DNA of 63,873 nt, the filler included, from Psammoneis japonica (lineage: Eukaryota), in the NCBI GenBank assembly GCA_008632985.1. It is 4 parts of 3 records of this genome, joined end to end, with 100 filler letters (N's around TTAATTAATTAA, not from the genome) between each part and the next. Parts side by side here need not be neighbours in the genome. Positions count along the whole stretch, not along the records: positions 1 to 10,265 come from QPGO01000228.1; positions 10,366 to 37,359 come from QPGO01000231.1; 2 more parts are not named here. One strand, written 5' to 3'. The translations under genes and the position numbers were made by a program. How positions within the stretch are numbered: the first letter of the stretch is position 1; each line of letters opens with the position of its first letter. Under the pieces are notes generated by a model. That model had not been told where the DNA came from. It saw nothing but the letters and a program-made list of their open reading frames with translations, and searched no databases. Shown one piece after another: positions 1 to 13,300 of the stretch.

Positions 1-2104
1 GCCTAGCTAGTAGAATAGCACGCTCTCAGATGTAGATGGAGGCAACTGGTCAGATGAGACGCGGGTGTAAACAGATCATCATCAGATTGATGTTTTTAAA
101 ATAGAAGATTAAGGAAGCCTATGTAGAGCGGAAGGTAACAGCAGAGGGAGGCACGGAGGTAGCTGTAGAGACGGTAGAGTAAAAGGTTCGATGGACGCAA
201 GACGAAGGGCGTTTTGTGGAAGGTATGGGTGAGGAGGGGGCAGGGAGAGAGGAGGTGAATCGGAGGATGTGCGTAGAAAGGTGAAGAACAACGTTGTAGC
301 CAAGAGTTTGGGTGGCCCACTGGGATGGGGTGGCTGTACGGTAGGTGCTTCCAAAGCGATCGGCGGACAGGCGACGCCATGCGGAGTCAGCAGAGGGAAG
401 GATTGCAGACGGAGACGATAAAGCGTAGAGGAAGGCGGAGTAGGAGGCATCGGAGTGACGAAGGTCAGAGGAAGAGGACCAGGGTGGCTTGGGCTGAGAG
501 CAGACGGGGGGGATGTAGAACCAAAGAGCAAGCGGTGGGCAAAGTAGCCGAGACCACCAAGGTGATCGACAGTGAAGGGGAGCAGGAAGATGCCATTGTT
601 GTCAAGCGAAGAAACAACAAGGGATCCATCGGCAGAGGAAGCAGAGGGGCCAAGAAACTTCAATCTCGCGCTCGAGTGGTGTGCCTCAGTTAAGATAGGA
701 GAAGAGGGAGCAGGCAGACCTGGAGGAGGGCGAGAGGAAGCTTGAGGGACGGTGACGTCCACTGCAATGTAGTGATGGCGGGAGGGAGCGGAAAGGGAGG
801 CGGGAGGGGGGACAGAAATGCCAACATCGGCGGGACGGAGGAAGCGGGCGGGTGGGGAGCAGGTTGGTGGGTTCAAGATGAACGTCATTGGGGGATCGAC
901 AGAACTCTGCAAGAGGACCCAAAGTTTGGGCTAGGATGAAAACAGTGTCACGGAGACCATTGGAAAGCTTGGACTTGTGAGCACGGCGGCAAGAAAAGGC
1001 ATGATCACCACAGGCGTCCAGAATGGCATGGCCACAGGGACAGGGAGTGTTGACAAGGGACGGAGGAAGGATGGGGAGACGAAGCTTACGAAGGGCGGCG
1101 ACAGCGCAGGCGTCCGAAGAAAGGCGGGAGCTTGGAAAGCGACGAGAGAAGGAATGAAGAGGAAGGCTTGTAAGCGGAGACAGCAATGAAGGGAGTGAAG
1201 ATTGCACGTCGTAAGATGAGTTAGCAAGGATGGAGGTCACTGCTTGTTGCTGATGTTCGTGGTAGAGATGACGGGCCAGGCCGGGGAGAGTGGCCGATTT
1301 AACCAGGGTAGCCAAGGAAGAAGAGGAAAGGGCAGAGGCGGAAGCCAGAACGGGAGCATGACGGCGGAAGAGCGTATAGAGTCGCAGGGAAGAGCGAGGG
1401 TTGGACCAGGAAGACAGGGAGAGCCGAAAGCAGCGCGGAAGGGAAACAGAAGCGCCAGATGGTAGGCTGACACCGTGCGAAGCAAAGCGGAACGAGCGGA
1501 GAAGCGACACCAAGAAGGAAGGAATGGCGGCAGCTGTTGGGTCCCGGAGACCAAACCCGCCCAAGGAGGCAGGAAGGAAGGCGATGGCAATAGAGTGGTC
1601 GGGAAAAGGAGCGGCGAAGGAAGTGACGTAGTGTAGAAAGCGGTGAGCAACGGTGAGGAGGAAATCTTGAAACGGAGAGGTCCAGAGAAAGGGGGCGGAA
1701 GGATCATCGGGGTCGAAGTTGCAGCAGAAGTCAGCTCCAAGGAGGTGAGCAGAGGATGGAACAAAACAGTGCTTGAAGAGTTGAGCCTGGGTTTGTTTGT
1801 CATGGAGACGGGTGAGAAGCATGTCAACTTTGTCGGAGAGAGCAGAGGAGGTGTCAGAAAGGAAGGAGGTGGCGAAGTCGTGGGAGCCGAGGGGCTGTCC
1901 AAGGAAGCGAACACCAGAGGTGAGTTCGGGGTTGCAAGAGGGGTCATTGGCGGGGTTTAAGAAGGAAAGTGCAGCACGGAGAGAATCGGCGCGGGAAGGG
2001 GGAAGAGCAGGGATGGGGCTAACACCGGTGATGGAGGCGAGGATCTTGGTTTTACGGAGGTTGAGGGAGATTCCGCAGGGGGGGCACCGAGGGCGGAGAA
2101 GCGT

Positions 2105-2956
2105 TCAAGGAACCATGGGAGCACAGAATGGGGAAGGAAAGCGTGGGGCATCGTCAATGTAGGAGCCAACTGAGACAGAGGAACGGCCAGGGATACGTTC
2201 TTGAAGTTCTTGGTTAATCGGACGAAGAACCAGAGAGAGGACCAGGCTGGCGAAGACAGGGCCGAGAGGGCATCCTTGGGCAAATCCCTCTTCTTGAAGA
2301 AAGGAGCCCCAGGAAGAATCGGGTCGGCGATGCCAACATGTGTTGGAACTTTGACATAGAAGGTCAAAAAAAGGAAGCAGAGGATGAAAGGCAGGGGTGG
2401 AAGTGAGAACGTGTCGACAGGCATCTCGAGATGCTTCGTTGAACATGTTGACGAGGTCAAGAAGAAGAAGAGCCTTGGTAGAGTCGGCAGAAGAAAGACA
2501 TCGTTCAATGTTGGCAAGAGCAGAGTGCATGAGATAATCGAGGCCACCTTTGACACCAATGCCAAATTGGCCATCTGGGAGGAGGCATTCGGTAAATGCA
2601 GAACCAAAGAGAGTCATGACGACGGAGCCGGCAATGCGACGAAGAGCAGTGCCGACGCCAATGGGGCGAAGCTTGTTGAGGTCGCTGGCATCTTTATGCA
2701 AAGCGACAAAGCAGTTCGAAGCAAATAAGGAATGGACGGAGGAAGGAATGGAGCCGTGGAGCAGAAGAAGGACAAGCTCACGAAAGGATGACAAGTGGGG
2801 GCGTTTGAGCAACACCTGTTGGGGTTTTGGTGGAACAGAGGGCGCAGGACTTGAAAAGGTCGGTAGAATCAGCAAAGACACCGGCAGCAGTCCCAGGCTT
2901 ACATTTGGAGAGAGCGGAAAGAAGAGCATCAGAGGAGAGCTCAACAGGCTCATCAT
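2105..2956 (-). pseudogene. Reverse transcriptase domain of the CRE-like element
   Basis: RT motifs through SYIDD are present; frameshifts on both sides; likely Tyr>Cys/His changes (FDLLCQ, CWHRR). Confidence 0.85.
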
Positions 2957-3886
2957 GAAGGGGAGGAGGCCGAGCGAGTTGAAGGAGGATTAGGCAGGTC
3001 GGAGGGGTGCAGGCGAGGAGGGTAGAGCTTGAGGATGGCAGGAAGGCGCTCAGGAGCAACGGCAGCAACAGGAAGCGCAGAGGTGAGCTTGGAGCAGGCC
3101 GAGTGAAAGTCATCTTCGTCGGCGCAAACTTGAGCGGAGTGGCAACAGGTGGAAGCAGAAAAGTCGGGGGAAGATGAGGAGAGGCGTGGCGCATGGGAGT
3201 GGGCTTCGTGGTGGAGTTGGCGAATGCAGCCACGGCGGAAGAGGGACAAGCGGGAGGCAATGGTGGGGCCAAACTTGGAGCGTGGCGGGACAGGAGCAAG
3301 AATGAGAGCTTCAAAGAGTAAGAGCAGCTTCCAGAAGGGAGCAGAGTCACGTTGCCACATGGGAATGAGGTGGGAGGGGTCAGAGAGAGGCTGGGAGGCG
3401 GCCAGCACCCAGCTTGTCACATGATGAAGAGCAGAGCAGAGTTCCTTGCGGGCGGAGGACGAGAGCTTGCGGCGGCAGGAAGCTTGGAAAGGCGGAGGCT
3501 CGAGTGCAAGAGCATGGAGCCATTGTGGCGAGGGGCCCCAGTCACCTGGATTATGGAAGGACGAGAGAACAATGTCAGCGCCAAGGGAAGAGCGAGGAGC
3601 GAAGTGCTTGTTCTGCAAGTGATTGCGAAGGTGGGTGGTAGACAGGTGGGGTGCATTGGCTATGATCACAATGCCTGCAGACATGCAAACCAGCGGCATC
3701 GAAGAAGGACGTAGGTGCATGAGAAAGCGAGAGGCGGGGATGCTCCTGGCGAAGATGGCTGCGCACAGAAGCAGGAAGGGATGGTGCATCAATGGAAGGA
3801 GGGGACCAGGAGCAGAAGGGGCAAGTCAGCGGGGCACGGGCTTCAGTGGGTTCCACGAGGCGATGAGATCGCGGAGGGAGTCGACA

Positions 3887-5413
3887 TCAGGGGCTGCAGC
3901 CCGGATGGCTTCTTCGTAGAAAGGTTGCCAGGCAGAAAGGCGGGCCGGGGCAGTGAGCACCTACGAAGGCATCAAGGACATCCAAGAGTTCCATCTCGCG
4001 CTGGGACTGCTGGGGAGAAACCGAGTCATCAGATTCGGTCTGCACAATTGCATCGGGAGCGGTGGGGGGCGGAGAGGTCTGCAAAACTGCGGCAGGAACA
4101 GCGGGGGGCGGAGAGAGAGTGTCGGGAGAAGAGTGGGGACGTTTGGAGGGAGGAGGCTCGGTGGTGAGGGAGCGGGCTTGGGGAGGATGGGAGGAAGGAG
4201 ATGCAGTGGCAGGGAGCGGATCTTGGGGCTTGGGGAGCTGCCAGTCTTGAGCAAGCAGCTCAAGGGCACGACACGAGAAAGAATCTCGAGAGGGAGCGGG
4301 CGGCTGAAGAGCAGCAGAGGCGCAGGATGGGGAAGTCACACTGTCGTCATGGGTAGATTCCGCCACAGAGGTGAGGAGATCCAAGGGAAAGCCGGGATGG
4401 TCATGCAGGTTGGCATCCACAAGAGCAATTGTGCACGGAGACGGGAAAAAGAGCAGCTTGTGCTTGATTGGGAGGGAGTCATGAGCAGAGAAGATGGGGA
4501 TGAGGGAGTGAAGATTGGTTGCAGCAAGGAGACGACTGATGCCAGGTTGGGTGAGAGGAAGAAGAAGACGGTCAGAGACAACCACTTTCATGTTGCTCTG
4601 ACGTGAAATGAGCTCGGAGAGGGCGTTGCAGGTGGAAGCAAAGTTGGCCGGGGCTGGGAAGGGAATGATGGCAGCAGAGGTCCCCAGGATGGAGAAGGAG
4701 GCAGGTGGCGCATTGGATGGATCAGTGACATGAAGCAGGGTGTTGGCATCGGAGGCAGCAGAAATGTAAAAAACCGGAAGAGAGCGGCGTCGCGCCTGGG
4801 CCGAGTTAGCGGGGTGTTGCGAAGGACGAATTCCAACGAGATTGAGAAAGGCAGGATGGTCTCGGAAGGATTGAAGGATGGGATTGGTCGCAGTGCTGGA
4901 GATCTTGCCAACAAGGAAGGAATAAAGGCGGGATAGAAGAAACTCAGAAGTGCGTCGAGAAGAACCGCAGAGGGTTGGAGAGGGGCCAGCAAGGACACCA
5001 TGAGCCTTTTCTTCGAAAGAGTTGCAGGCCGGGATCACAAAGGTGCAGTGCCGAGCCCAAGGATCATCCACAGCCGAAACCGGAGAGAAGTCAGGGTGGA
5101 GAAAATTGGAAGGGGAGCCAGCGGAGCGGAAGGGGGTGAAGTGCGACGTAGGGTGCAGATGCCATTTCTGAAGGAGAAAAGAGAGCGCTTGGCTGCGGAA
5201 GGATTCGAAGGAAAAGGTGGTGCCGTCGGGGGTCACCGGGTGAAGAGCAACGTGAAAGTGGGATGCCCACTGATTCTGGTGAGGACAGGAGCGCTTCTTG
5301 GTTTCGGCAAGCGTCACAGAGCCAAGAGTGAGGAGGAGCGGAGAGACGCGCCGGCTGTGATGCTCTAGCGTCTTAAGAATGATGTCACGAATGACATCAG
5401 ACGCTGAGAGCAA
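3887..5413 (-). CDS. Putative ORF1 / N-terminal region of the CRE-like element (Pro/Ser-rich, function unknown)
   Basis: 508-codon ORF upstream of the zinc-finger/RT region, same strand and same pyrimidine-rich bias; non-ATG start in the ORF track. Confidence 0.4.
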   Translation of the reverse strand: MLSASDVIRDIILKTLEHHSRRVSPLLLTLGSVTLAETKKRSCPHQNQWASHFHVALHPVTPDGTTFSFESFRSQALSFLLQKWHLHPTSHFTPFRSAGSPSNFLHPDFSPVSAVDDPWARHCTFVIPACNSFEEKAHGVLAGPSPTLCGSSRRTSEFLLSRLYSFLVGKISSTATNPILQSFRDHPAFLNLVGIRPSQHPANSAQARRRSLPVFYISAASDANTLLHVTDPSNAPPASFSILGTSAAIIPFPAPANFASTCNALSELISRQSNMKVVVSDRLLLPLTQPGISRLLAATNLHSLIPIFSAHDSLPIKHKLLFFPSPCTIALVDANLHDHPGFPLDLLTSVAESTHDDSVTSPSCASAALQPPAPSRDSFSCRALELLAQDWQLPKPQDPLPATASPSSHPPQARSLTTEPPPSKRPHSSPDTLSPPPAVPAAVLQTSPPPTAPDAIVQTESDDSVSPQQSQREMELLDVLDAFVGAHCPGPPFCLATFLRRSHPGCSP

Positions 5414-6057
5414 TGCAGAGGCACGTCAGGCAGGTCAGTAGGATGAAGGACCTGAGCTAAAAGCTTAACATCAGCAGGAGGAGCGGAGGCGAGAGTAGAC
5501 ATGATCAAGCGGGAAGAGAAAGTTTGCAGAGAGTCGTTGTTGTGTGCGGATCGCCAAAAACAGCGACAAGGTCACAGAACGTGTAGAAAGATAGGAGGAG
5601 GGAAGGTGAGGGCATGACGTGGGCAATCGTACACGAATGATCGTAGAGGATGCATAGAAACATAGGGAGGAAGGCACAAGCAGAAGCGCGAAGGGAGTCA
5701 TGGAAGAGAAAGGGGCAGTAGAGAGGGCCGAAGGGTAGGGGAAGCTGTAGAGGAGTACGGAAGCAATCGTGTTCGAAGGGGCGTAGAAAGGCATGTGGAA
5801 CGATAGGAGAGGAGTCATAACTAAAGGCGCGAAGGGAGTCATGGGAGGAAGGGGGGCAATTGAAGGGATTGCTGGAGGAGGAAATGGGGAAGAGGTCAGG
5901 GAGCAGAGAGGGGCCATAGGGAAAAGAAACGAACAAGGCAGAGAGGGAGAGAGGGCATAAGGAAGAGCAGAAAGGGAAATGGCAGGGGGCAGTTGTTGGG
6001 ATGAAGAAAGGGAGTGAGGAAAAGTGAAAGGGCAATGGAATGAGCAGTTGGAAGGGC

Positions 6058-6370
6058 NNNNNNNNNNNNNNNNNNNNNNNNNNNNNNNNNNNNNNNNNNN
6101 NNNNNNNNNNNNNNNNNNNNNNNNNNNNNNNNNNNNNNNNNNNNNNNNNNNNNNNNNNNNNNNNNNNNNNNNNNNNNNNNNNNNNNNNNNNNNNNNNNNN
6201 NNNNNNNNNNNNNNNNNNNNNNNNNNNNNNNNNNNNNNNNNNNNNNNNNNNNNNNNNNNNNNNNNNNNNNNNNNNNNNNNNNNNNNNNNNNNNNNNNNNN
6301 NNNNNNNNNNNNNNNNNNNNNNNNNNNNNNNNNNNNNNNNNNNNNNNNNNNNNNNNNNNNNNNNNNNNNN
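6058..6370. other. Assembly gap (N run)
   Basis: Continuous run of N. Confidence 0.99.
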
Positions 6371-6459
6371 ATGTAGAGTAGTCACCGTACGTGCCGGTAC
6401 GCGCAAAGTGCAAGCCCGATGCCCTGCCACAAAGCAACTGCTGTACAACATGGACCGAC

Positions 6460-9400
6460 TGCTGCATTGCATGGCAGACAGAGGAGCCGCCATGGTTTGA
6501 TCGATCTGGCAATGCTTTTCTTGTGGCAGAAAAGCTGCCATCATGACTTGACTTCTGAAGCACTGAAGTGGAGACCGCCACGTGACTGCCCATGGTCCCG
6601 TGGTCCCATGGGATGTGCTGGGTGTGGGCGATGTGTTGTGACATCACATGCGTTGAGTCGGATGTGCTCATGTTCTTGTGAATGTGCACATGTCGTCAAG
6701 TAAAAACTCCCATCCCATGGTGCCCACAAATCTGGAGTTGCCTGGAACCGAACAGCCAAAGACACTTTTTCGGCCATTTCCACACCACGAAAAAAGCACG
6801 CGTCAACTCCACTCGACCATGTTGATGTCTCACGATTCTTCCCCAATGCCTTTGCAGCAGGACACCATTCTTGCTGACACTGTTGCAAATGACACTGGCA
6901 CAACAGGCAGCATCATTGCTTCTGTTCTGAACGGCCTCATGCGTGCAAAACGAGATGCCACCAACTCACGCTGTTGTTTCCTCACCAAACCGCCTCCCAC
7001 AGACACTGTCACAAATGCCAGTGCTGCACCTGCATTGGGGTCCACCGGCATGCCCAATGCTGTTGCTCATGCCATTGCTGTCACCGGCACTGTTGACAAC
7101 ATGTCATTGACTTGTGCCAATGACATCTGCAATTAAATGACGCCAACTCACACTGTTGTTTCCTCGCCAAACCGCCTCCCACAGATGCTGTCACAAATGC
7201 CAATGCTGCACCTGCGTTGGGGTCCATGGGCATGCCCAATGCTGTTGTGCTGTTGATGCTGCCACTTTGTTGTGCCAACAACATCCACAATTGAGTGGTG
7301 CCAACAACTGACGCTGCTTTCCATTCTTGCCCCACCACCTCCCACAGATGCTGTCAATGCCAACCCTGCACTGCCAGTCAACGCCATCCACAATTCCTGT
7401 GTTGGCATCTCTGTTGATGTCTTTGGCAAGCACCCTCATGCTTGGCAGCAAAACATGGGGTGCAGCATCCTTGCATCAATGCAGAACCAAAACATCCATC
7501 CTTTCTTGCTTGTCTGACCCACTGGTGGTGGCAAATCCCTTGTTCGTGACATTGTGGGGGTTTGTCTTCAAGGCATCATCCTTGCTGTCATCCCTCTGTT
7601 GTCCCTTGGTTTGGATCAGTGCCGCAAAACAATGCAATGAGCCAAACAAGGCCAGCAACACATGGACCTGTCTCAGCCTTTCATTTGGATGAGATTTCAA
7701 AGAATCCAACTCACATGCAAAGGTTCTTTGACTGGATGTGGCAGCTTTCACCTTCAGTGCATGGCACGGTTTTCCTGTTTTGCTTGCCTCAGTTGACAGT
7801 TGCCAATGATGTGCTGCTGCAGCTCCTTCTTGGCATTTTGCACAATGGTTTGCTTTCGGATGATTGCCTTGGACACAAATTCATCTTTTTGTGCCTGTCA
7901 TTTTGGTCCAAATTCCAGGGCCTCCGTGATTGCTTTCTTTTGTGGGTGCACTCAATGCATTCCATTCCCTTGCTTCTCATGACAGCAACATGCAACACAC
8001 CCAATTGTCTTGTCCACAGAGAATTTGATTGGGAGAAACATTGACCATTGCCATTGGCCATCACCTGATGACATGAGGCATCATCATGTGTCATTCTTGG
8101 TGACATTTGTGGTGATTGCCCATTCACAATTGTCTCCAACATGCTCTCTGCCTTGCTTGCAGCTGGTTCTGATGCAGACAAGTGCATTTTCTGCTCAAAC
8201 CACTGAACCAAAATTGAGACGTTTCAGGCAAACTTGTCAACATGGTTGGATTGGAGCGACGCTTTCCATTTGTTTGACATTGTCTCTCTTGTTGGGACAC
8301 CAACCAAGGAACAAAAGGCACATCACATTGCCACCTTTGTTGATTCTCTCCATGCCAATTTGCCATTCCAGCCTTGCTTTCTCTGTGCTGCCAATGCTTT
8401 TGACAGTCTTCCGACAGGACCACGTCTTGTGCAGATTCTCCCGAGACACCTTGTTGTGTGCCAACACAGCTTTGACAATGTCAAACAGCTGAAGCAGACC
8501 AAGCATGACCTTGCCGGCACCTTTGCTTGTCGTCTCATCCTCACAGGAAACTGGAGGAATTAAGATGGACACATGTGGAGGTGTGCCACACCAAACCTGT
8601 GTTTCACGTGTCATTGGAAGAAATTGCAGGAGTGGCAGAATCCCTTTGCCGCTCAGTTGGGTGTGAGCTTTTGTTGGACCTGCATCTGATCAATGGATTC
8701 TACACCAGAGGTGGGCTGAAAAGAAAAAGCAGCGCCAACCCAAGGAACACAGTTTCGGTGCATGTGTGCCACAGTTGCAAGAGACACAATTGATGCATGC
8801 CGGGCTGCACGGGTGCCAGTTGAATCTGCAGCTTCCAGAAATGCATTGGAGGTTTGGAAGGCTGCAATCAATGCATCAGCACAAAGCAAAGCAGGGTTGG
8901 ACTCACATGTGGGCATGCCACATGGCAAAGGAATGCATTGGTTGACATGAGTGATGGAGTCAGGTGGAGAGATGCCATTGGACAAGATGCAAAGTTGGGC
9001 AAGGGGCTGGACATGCGGCTTGATGAACATTCAAGAGGTGGTCTTGGCGACATTGGAGGACTGGCGGTTGCACTGAAACTCAAGCAATTCCACCACCTCA
9101 AGAAGCATGAGAAATCAATGGACAGTTGGTGCCATGAATGCAGAAACAAAACATGTGGAATGGCATGACAATGGGGCAAAGATGCACCTGAGAATTGTCA
9201 AATGTGGGTGCGCCAAAGGTTTCAGAAGCAATCAAGGACTTGTTTGCATTGTCCATGACAGTTGCACAGTTGGCAAACAAACGTGTCTTCTGCAATGGCG
9301 TTTGTTGTGTTGCCGCTTGTCCAAAACACACAGAAAGCTTTGATCTCGATGTCAAGCCCAATGATCCACACATGGCAGCAGTGTTGCGGCAGGACCATCA

Positions 9401-10265
9401 TGCAAAAGAATGAGAATTTTGGATGTGCATGATGGACATGAAAACATGCAAAACAAACCAATCCCAAATGGGAAGGAGCTGTTGTTTGGTGGAAAGGTTT
9501 TTCTTTGCCTCGCAGCTCAACAAAGTGCTCAATGCAATGCAGTGGAATGGCATTGTTTTGCAAAACTGCCAAGTGATTGCCACAACAGCAGCCTGATCAA
9601 GAATTGGGGAGGTCAAAGCCATGAACCATCCAAAACAGGAACAAATGGCAGTCTTGCATGAGCCCCTGACAAATGAAACAAAGTCATTTAACGTGGTGTT
9701 GCTTGTGCCAATGTCAAACAACTGCCGAGTCCAATCTGCAGAAATGCCACCTTGTTTGCAATGGGCCAGCTGAGCACCCAGTTTGCTGTCCTTTAAAAGT
9801 GGGTCACACTCATTGTGGCAAAGGACATGAACAGCACGGCCATTGCCCCGCAGTTCCTGCACACACCGATTGAGCATTGCAGCATGATGGTTTGTGTTTT
9901 TCACTTTTCCCAGCAGCAAACGCATGTGGTTGTTGTGCGGGAGAGTGCAGCCCACATGTGCAACGTTGCACAGGAGTGGAACATGTCACAGTGCTTGACC
10001 TCAAAAGACACAGATGCACTGCCCACCGGTGCAACAACGACAGCACCACCGCCTTGGCGAGTGCAAAGGTGCTCCAGTTCTGTTGCAGTTGAGTCTTTTT
10101 CTTGCAGTTTCTTTTGGTGGGCCTGGCTGGAAATGGTTGCTTCAATGATGAAGAAGAATTCCTTGCCAGTGCAAACAGCAATGGAGGGAGAGCCAGCACA
10201 CATGGCAGTGAGCACGGGCTTCCACGTCAGTGCAAAAGTGTCATGGGAAGAAGAAATCAAAAGAA
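6460..10265. other. TpA- and CpG-depleted hypermutated relic, origin not identifiable
   Basis: Very few TA or CG, excess TG/CA; many spurious Cys/His-rich ORFs in all frames. Confidence 0.75.
6955..7380. repeat. Degenerate tandem duplication, about 185-190 bp period
   Basis: ccaactcac..tgttgtttcctc..caaaccgcctcccacaga..ctgtcacaaatgcca recurs near 6961 and 7143, with a partial third copy near 7335. Confidence 0.8.
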
Positions 10266-10365
10266 NNNNNNNNNNNNNNNNNNNNNNNNNNNNNNNNNNN
10301 NNNNNNNNNTTAATTAATTAANNNNNNNNNNNNNNNNNNNNNNNNNNNNNNNNNNNNNNNNNNNN
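10266..10365. other. Artificial contig linker N-TTAATTAATTAA-N
   Basis: Six-frame stop spacer at 10310-10321 flanked by N runs; identical linkers at 37404 and 52964. Confidence 0.95.
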
Positions 10366-13300
10366 GTCCAAGGACTCGCACGCTGATGTCATGATTCCAA
10401 CGGTGAATAAACTCATACAGCAAAGCAACAACAAGCCTGGGGGAGTAGTTGAAGGCCCTGAGAAGCTGCCGCACCTTCTGATGATATCCTTCAAGCGCGC
10501 TGGTTCCGCGAAGACACTTGAAAATAGGGATCCCATACGAGTCAGTGCCGACTTGAACGTAGTATGACATCAAAGGGATGTCGCTGAGGCATCCTTTTCG
10601 TATGTGGTGAAGAGTCGACTGGTAGAGGTTCCACGCCTTTTTTTGGAAGAGCGGTTTCTTTGTCTTCGCATCAAGTACTTTTGCTAGAAGATTCACTAGG
10701 TTGGTGAATTCTCGCTCCAACTCCTTTGGACCTGGCACAGCACGACGGACTCTTTTGCGAAAAAAGCTCCAAGGCAACGCGTTGATCTCGTCTTCACTCA
10801 GGCCGCTCTTTCGCAATGCTTCCTTCACAAACTCAATATCTGTCTGGTATGGAACAAAGAAAACATCCGATAGTCGAGCCATAAACACCCCAAATGCACC
10901 ATGGTTTTTGGAGATGACCTTCCCGAATCGAATAAATATATGTTCAATATCTTGTTTCGTGTGGAATTGACGCTCGTGGTGCGTTGGTGAGTCCTCCATA
11001 TTTACGTCACATTCACCTTCAACGTCTAAATCACACTCATACTCGTCATCTTCATTCTCAATCTCCGGCGGTGGTACTGCAGCAGGCGGAACAAAATCGT
11101 CGGTGATATCATCGCGATCCGAAATTCGCTCCTCCACTCTTTGCGTGTGTATTTCAAACTCCGTAGCATTACATTGAGTATCGGGGACGATCCGTAAGTT
11201 TCGCACTTCCCATAAAATTTCTGTTGTGCCATCTGCAGTTATCTCCTCAATGCATTTCTTCTCCATCTTTGGCACAGTTGCTGAAGGACGCTTAACATTA
11301 TCGAGTCGAACTTTAACAGCCGCGCGATCGACCGAAATGCCAAACGAAGATACCGATTCTGCTGGGCCCACATAGCTTGCTTCCGCAACAATGGCAGATT
11401 TGTTGGTGGTGTACAACAACAATTTGTCATTCTGCTTTAGTTGCTTCATATCTGGCGGCGGAATCACTCTTGGATCGACACACGGCATGGCGGCCATTTT
11501 CAAGTAGGACATCATTTGAACCCAGGAGTCAATAGCAGCATAACGATAGTGCTCTTCATCAATAGTAGCTGCTTTCCAATCATACAGACGCAGGCGGTTG
11601 TCTTTATTGACGCCATATCCAAAAAGTGCTTTTGCTATGTCATGCAAACCAACCGTCGCCCTTTCAATGACACCTCGTTCCTTTGCCACGTTCTGCAGGT
11701 TGATTGCGTTGGTCAACGATATGCCAATCTGCTTGAGCTTCCTTTGGTCTGCTGAGATCTTGGACGCAACTTTACTTATTGTGTTTGACTCCAAAAGAAG
11801 CTTGAGTCCATCAGGAAATGGAGACACAAACACGTAGTTCTCCAAATCAGGCGCAGTAATTTGAACAGTGTGAGGGCCATCCTCCGTCCCAACGGTCCAC
11901 TCGGTGTCAATCGAAACTACATCCCAATTGTTGTCAGCGCACTTGGCAAGAATGTCCTTTGCTGTGGCATCAGCAACTTCTTTCGTAGAAAATGTGATAG
12001 GCTGCTTCGGAAGATCAAGATGCTCAACATACTTGTACCCCTTACGAGGTTCGTCGGCACCAGTTTCACGTTGCGGCTCGGCATCACCCAAGATGGCATG
12101 ATCCATTTCCTCTTCTGATTCTGGAACAAATGAATGGAAGATTGGTTCCTTGCCCTTGTTCTTATCACCTTCATAAAATGATCGCTCATTGCAGCAGCGG
12201 TCCGTGGTGAACACGATTGGGCCTTTGAAACCGTGAATTCTGTACCGACGGTTGAGACCGCGTAGGCTATCCTCAACTTCCAGCAAGGTTGTACCGGTGA
12301 CGAGTCGGAATACAAGTATTTGTCCAAACTCGTTCATAACCGAGTGCAATCCAACGAAACCTCGTTTGTTCTCGATCAGAACAACCTTTCCGATTTTGAT
12401 AAAATGATCCCCAGACAAAAACAGACCACCATTCATCGTCATCTTGTGACGATAATATGGAATGTTTGACTCAATTTCCGATATGGTTACTTCCAACAGG
12501 TACGCTAGGGACGGTGCTTGCATTTCCGACCTGTCGTCGTCAGCGTCGAAGTACAAAGAGCGATTCTTGACTCGACTCTCCTTTCTAACCGCATTGTGGG
12601 CCGAATTGACGTATCCTTGCCACATCTTTGCCTTCATAGCATGAGTCTGTTTATATTGTTCAACAAGAGACTTGAGAAAGCCAAGCCCACTCATTCCATG
12701 TGAAAGCTCCGATCTCATCCTGTCGACAAGTGTCCATTTGATTGCTCCTTTAGACGTAATTCTGCAACCATTTTGTCTCCACCAACCTTGAACAAACTCA
12801 GGTGCTTGCGACAGCACTCCAGAGTCATGACTATAGAATGTGTAGCTGTCCTTGTTCCGAGTGCCATTGGTCTCCGCTTGCATTCGAGTGCACAAGTATC
12901 GTCGCCCAACGAAAGCTTCATTTTGCTTCTCCCCATGTGCGCGCCTGACACAATCTGAGTGCCCAAGATGCTTAACACAGGCAGACTCTCCAGGATGAAA
13001 AGGGCAGCAGGGCCTGTACTCTGGCCAATACAATGACCGCCAACGATCCTCTGGCCCAAAAAACATGATAGGCGGCATGGCGAAATCCTCGCGACAGAGA
13101 CACGTTGCACTCGGCTCTTCCGTACTTTCTTGTCCTGGAGGAAAAGGGAAGTTGTTGATGGGGTCAGATGAAAGATCTACCATGGGAGAGGCAAACAACC
13201 GAGGCCAGCTTCCGTATGGCTCATGTTTGTCGTTCGCCTGGAAGCCAACAGACGTCTTGCGGCACTCTGACAGCTTGTCGTACACGGCCAAGGTGTGTGA

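Larger units (their letters stand above)
109..5413 (-). mobile_element. CRE-like (RLE-type) non-LTR retrotransposon, frameshifted
   Basis: Minus-strand ORF pieces in the expected order: C2H2-like finger (CPFC...HLRQEH, 3575-3856); RT (LRPIGVG, QFGIG, DLVNMFN, QGCPLGP, YIDD; 2105-2956); LPASLGGFGLR and zinc knuckle CPCG..D.CGDH..SC (686-1822); restriction-like endonuclease RPAD...AVDVT (109-912). Ends not defined. Confidence 0.85.

Noticed and set aside
325..5368. Plus-strand Arg/Gly/Glu-rich ORFs
   Set aside because: Antisense shadows of the pyrimidine-rich CRE coding strand.
6400..10265. Dozens of overlapping Cys/His/Met/Gln-rich ORFs here and in the other depleted blocks
   Set aside because: By-product of TA loss (fewer TAA/TAG stops, no Tyr) and TG/CA excess; not real genes.
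10310..10321. TTAATTAATTAA palindrome occurring three times
   Set aside because: Artificial linker between N runs; adjacency across these points has no biological meaning.
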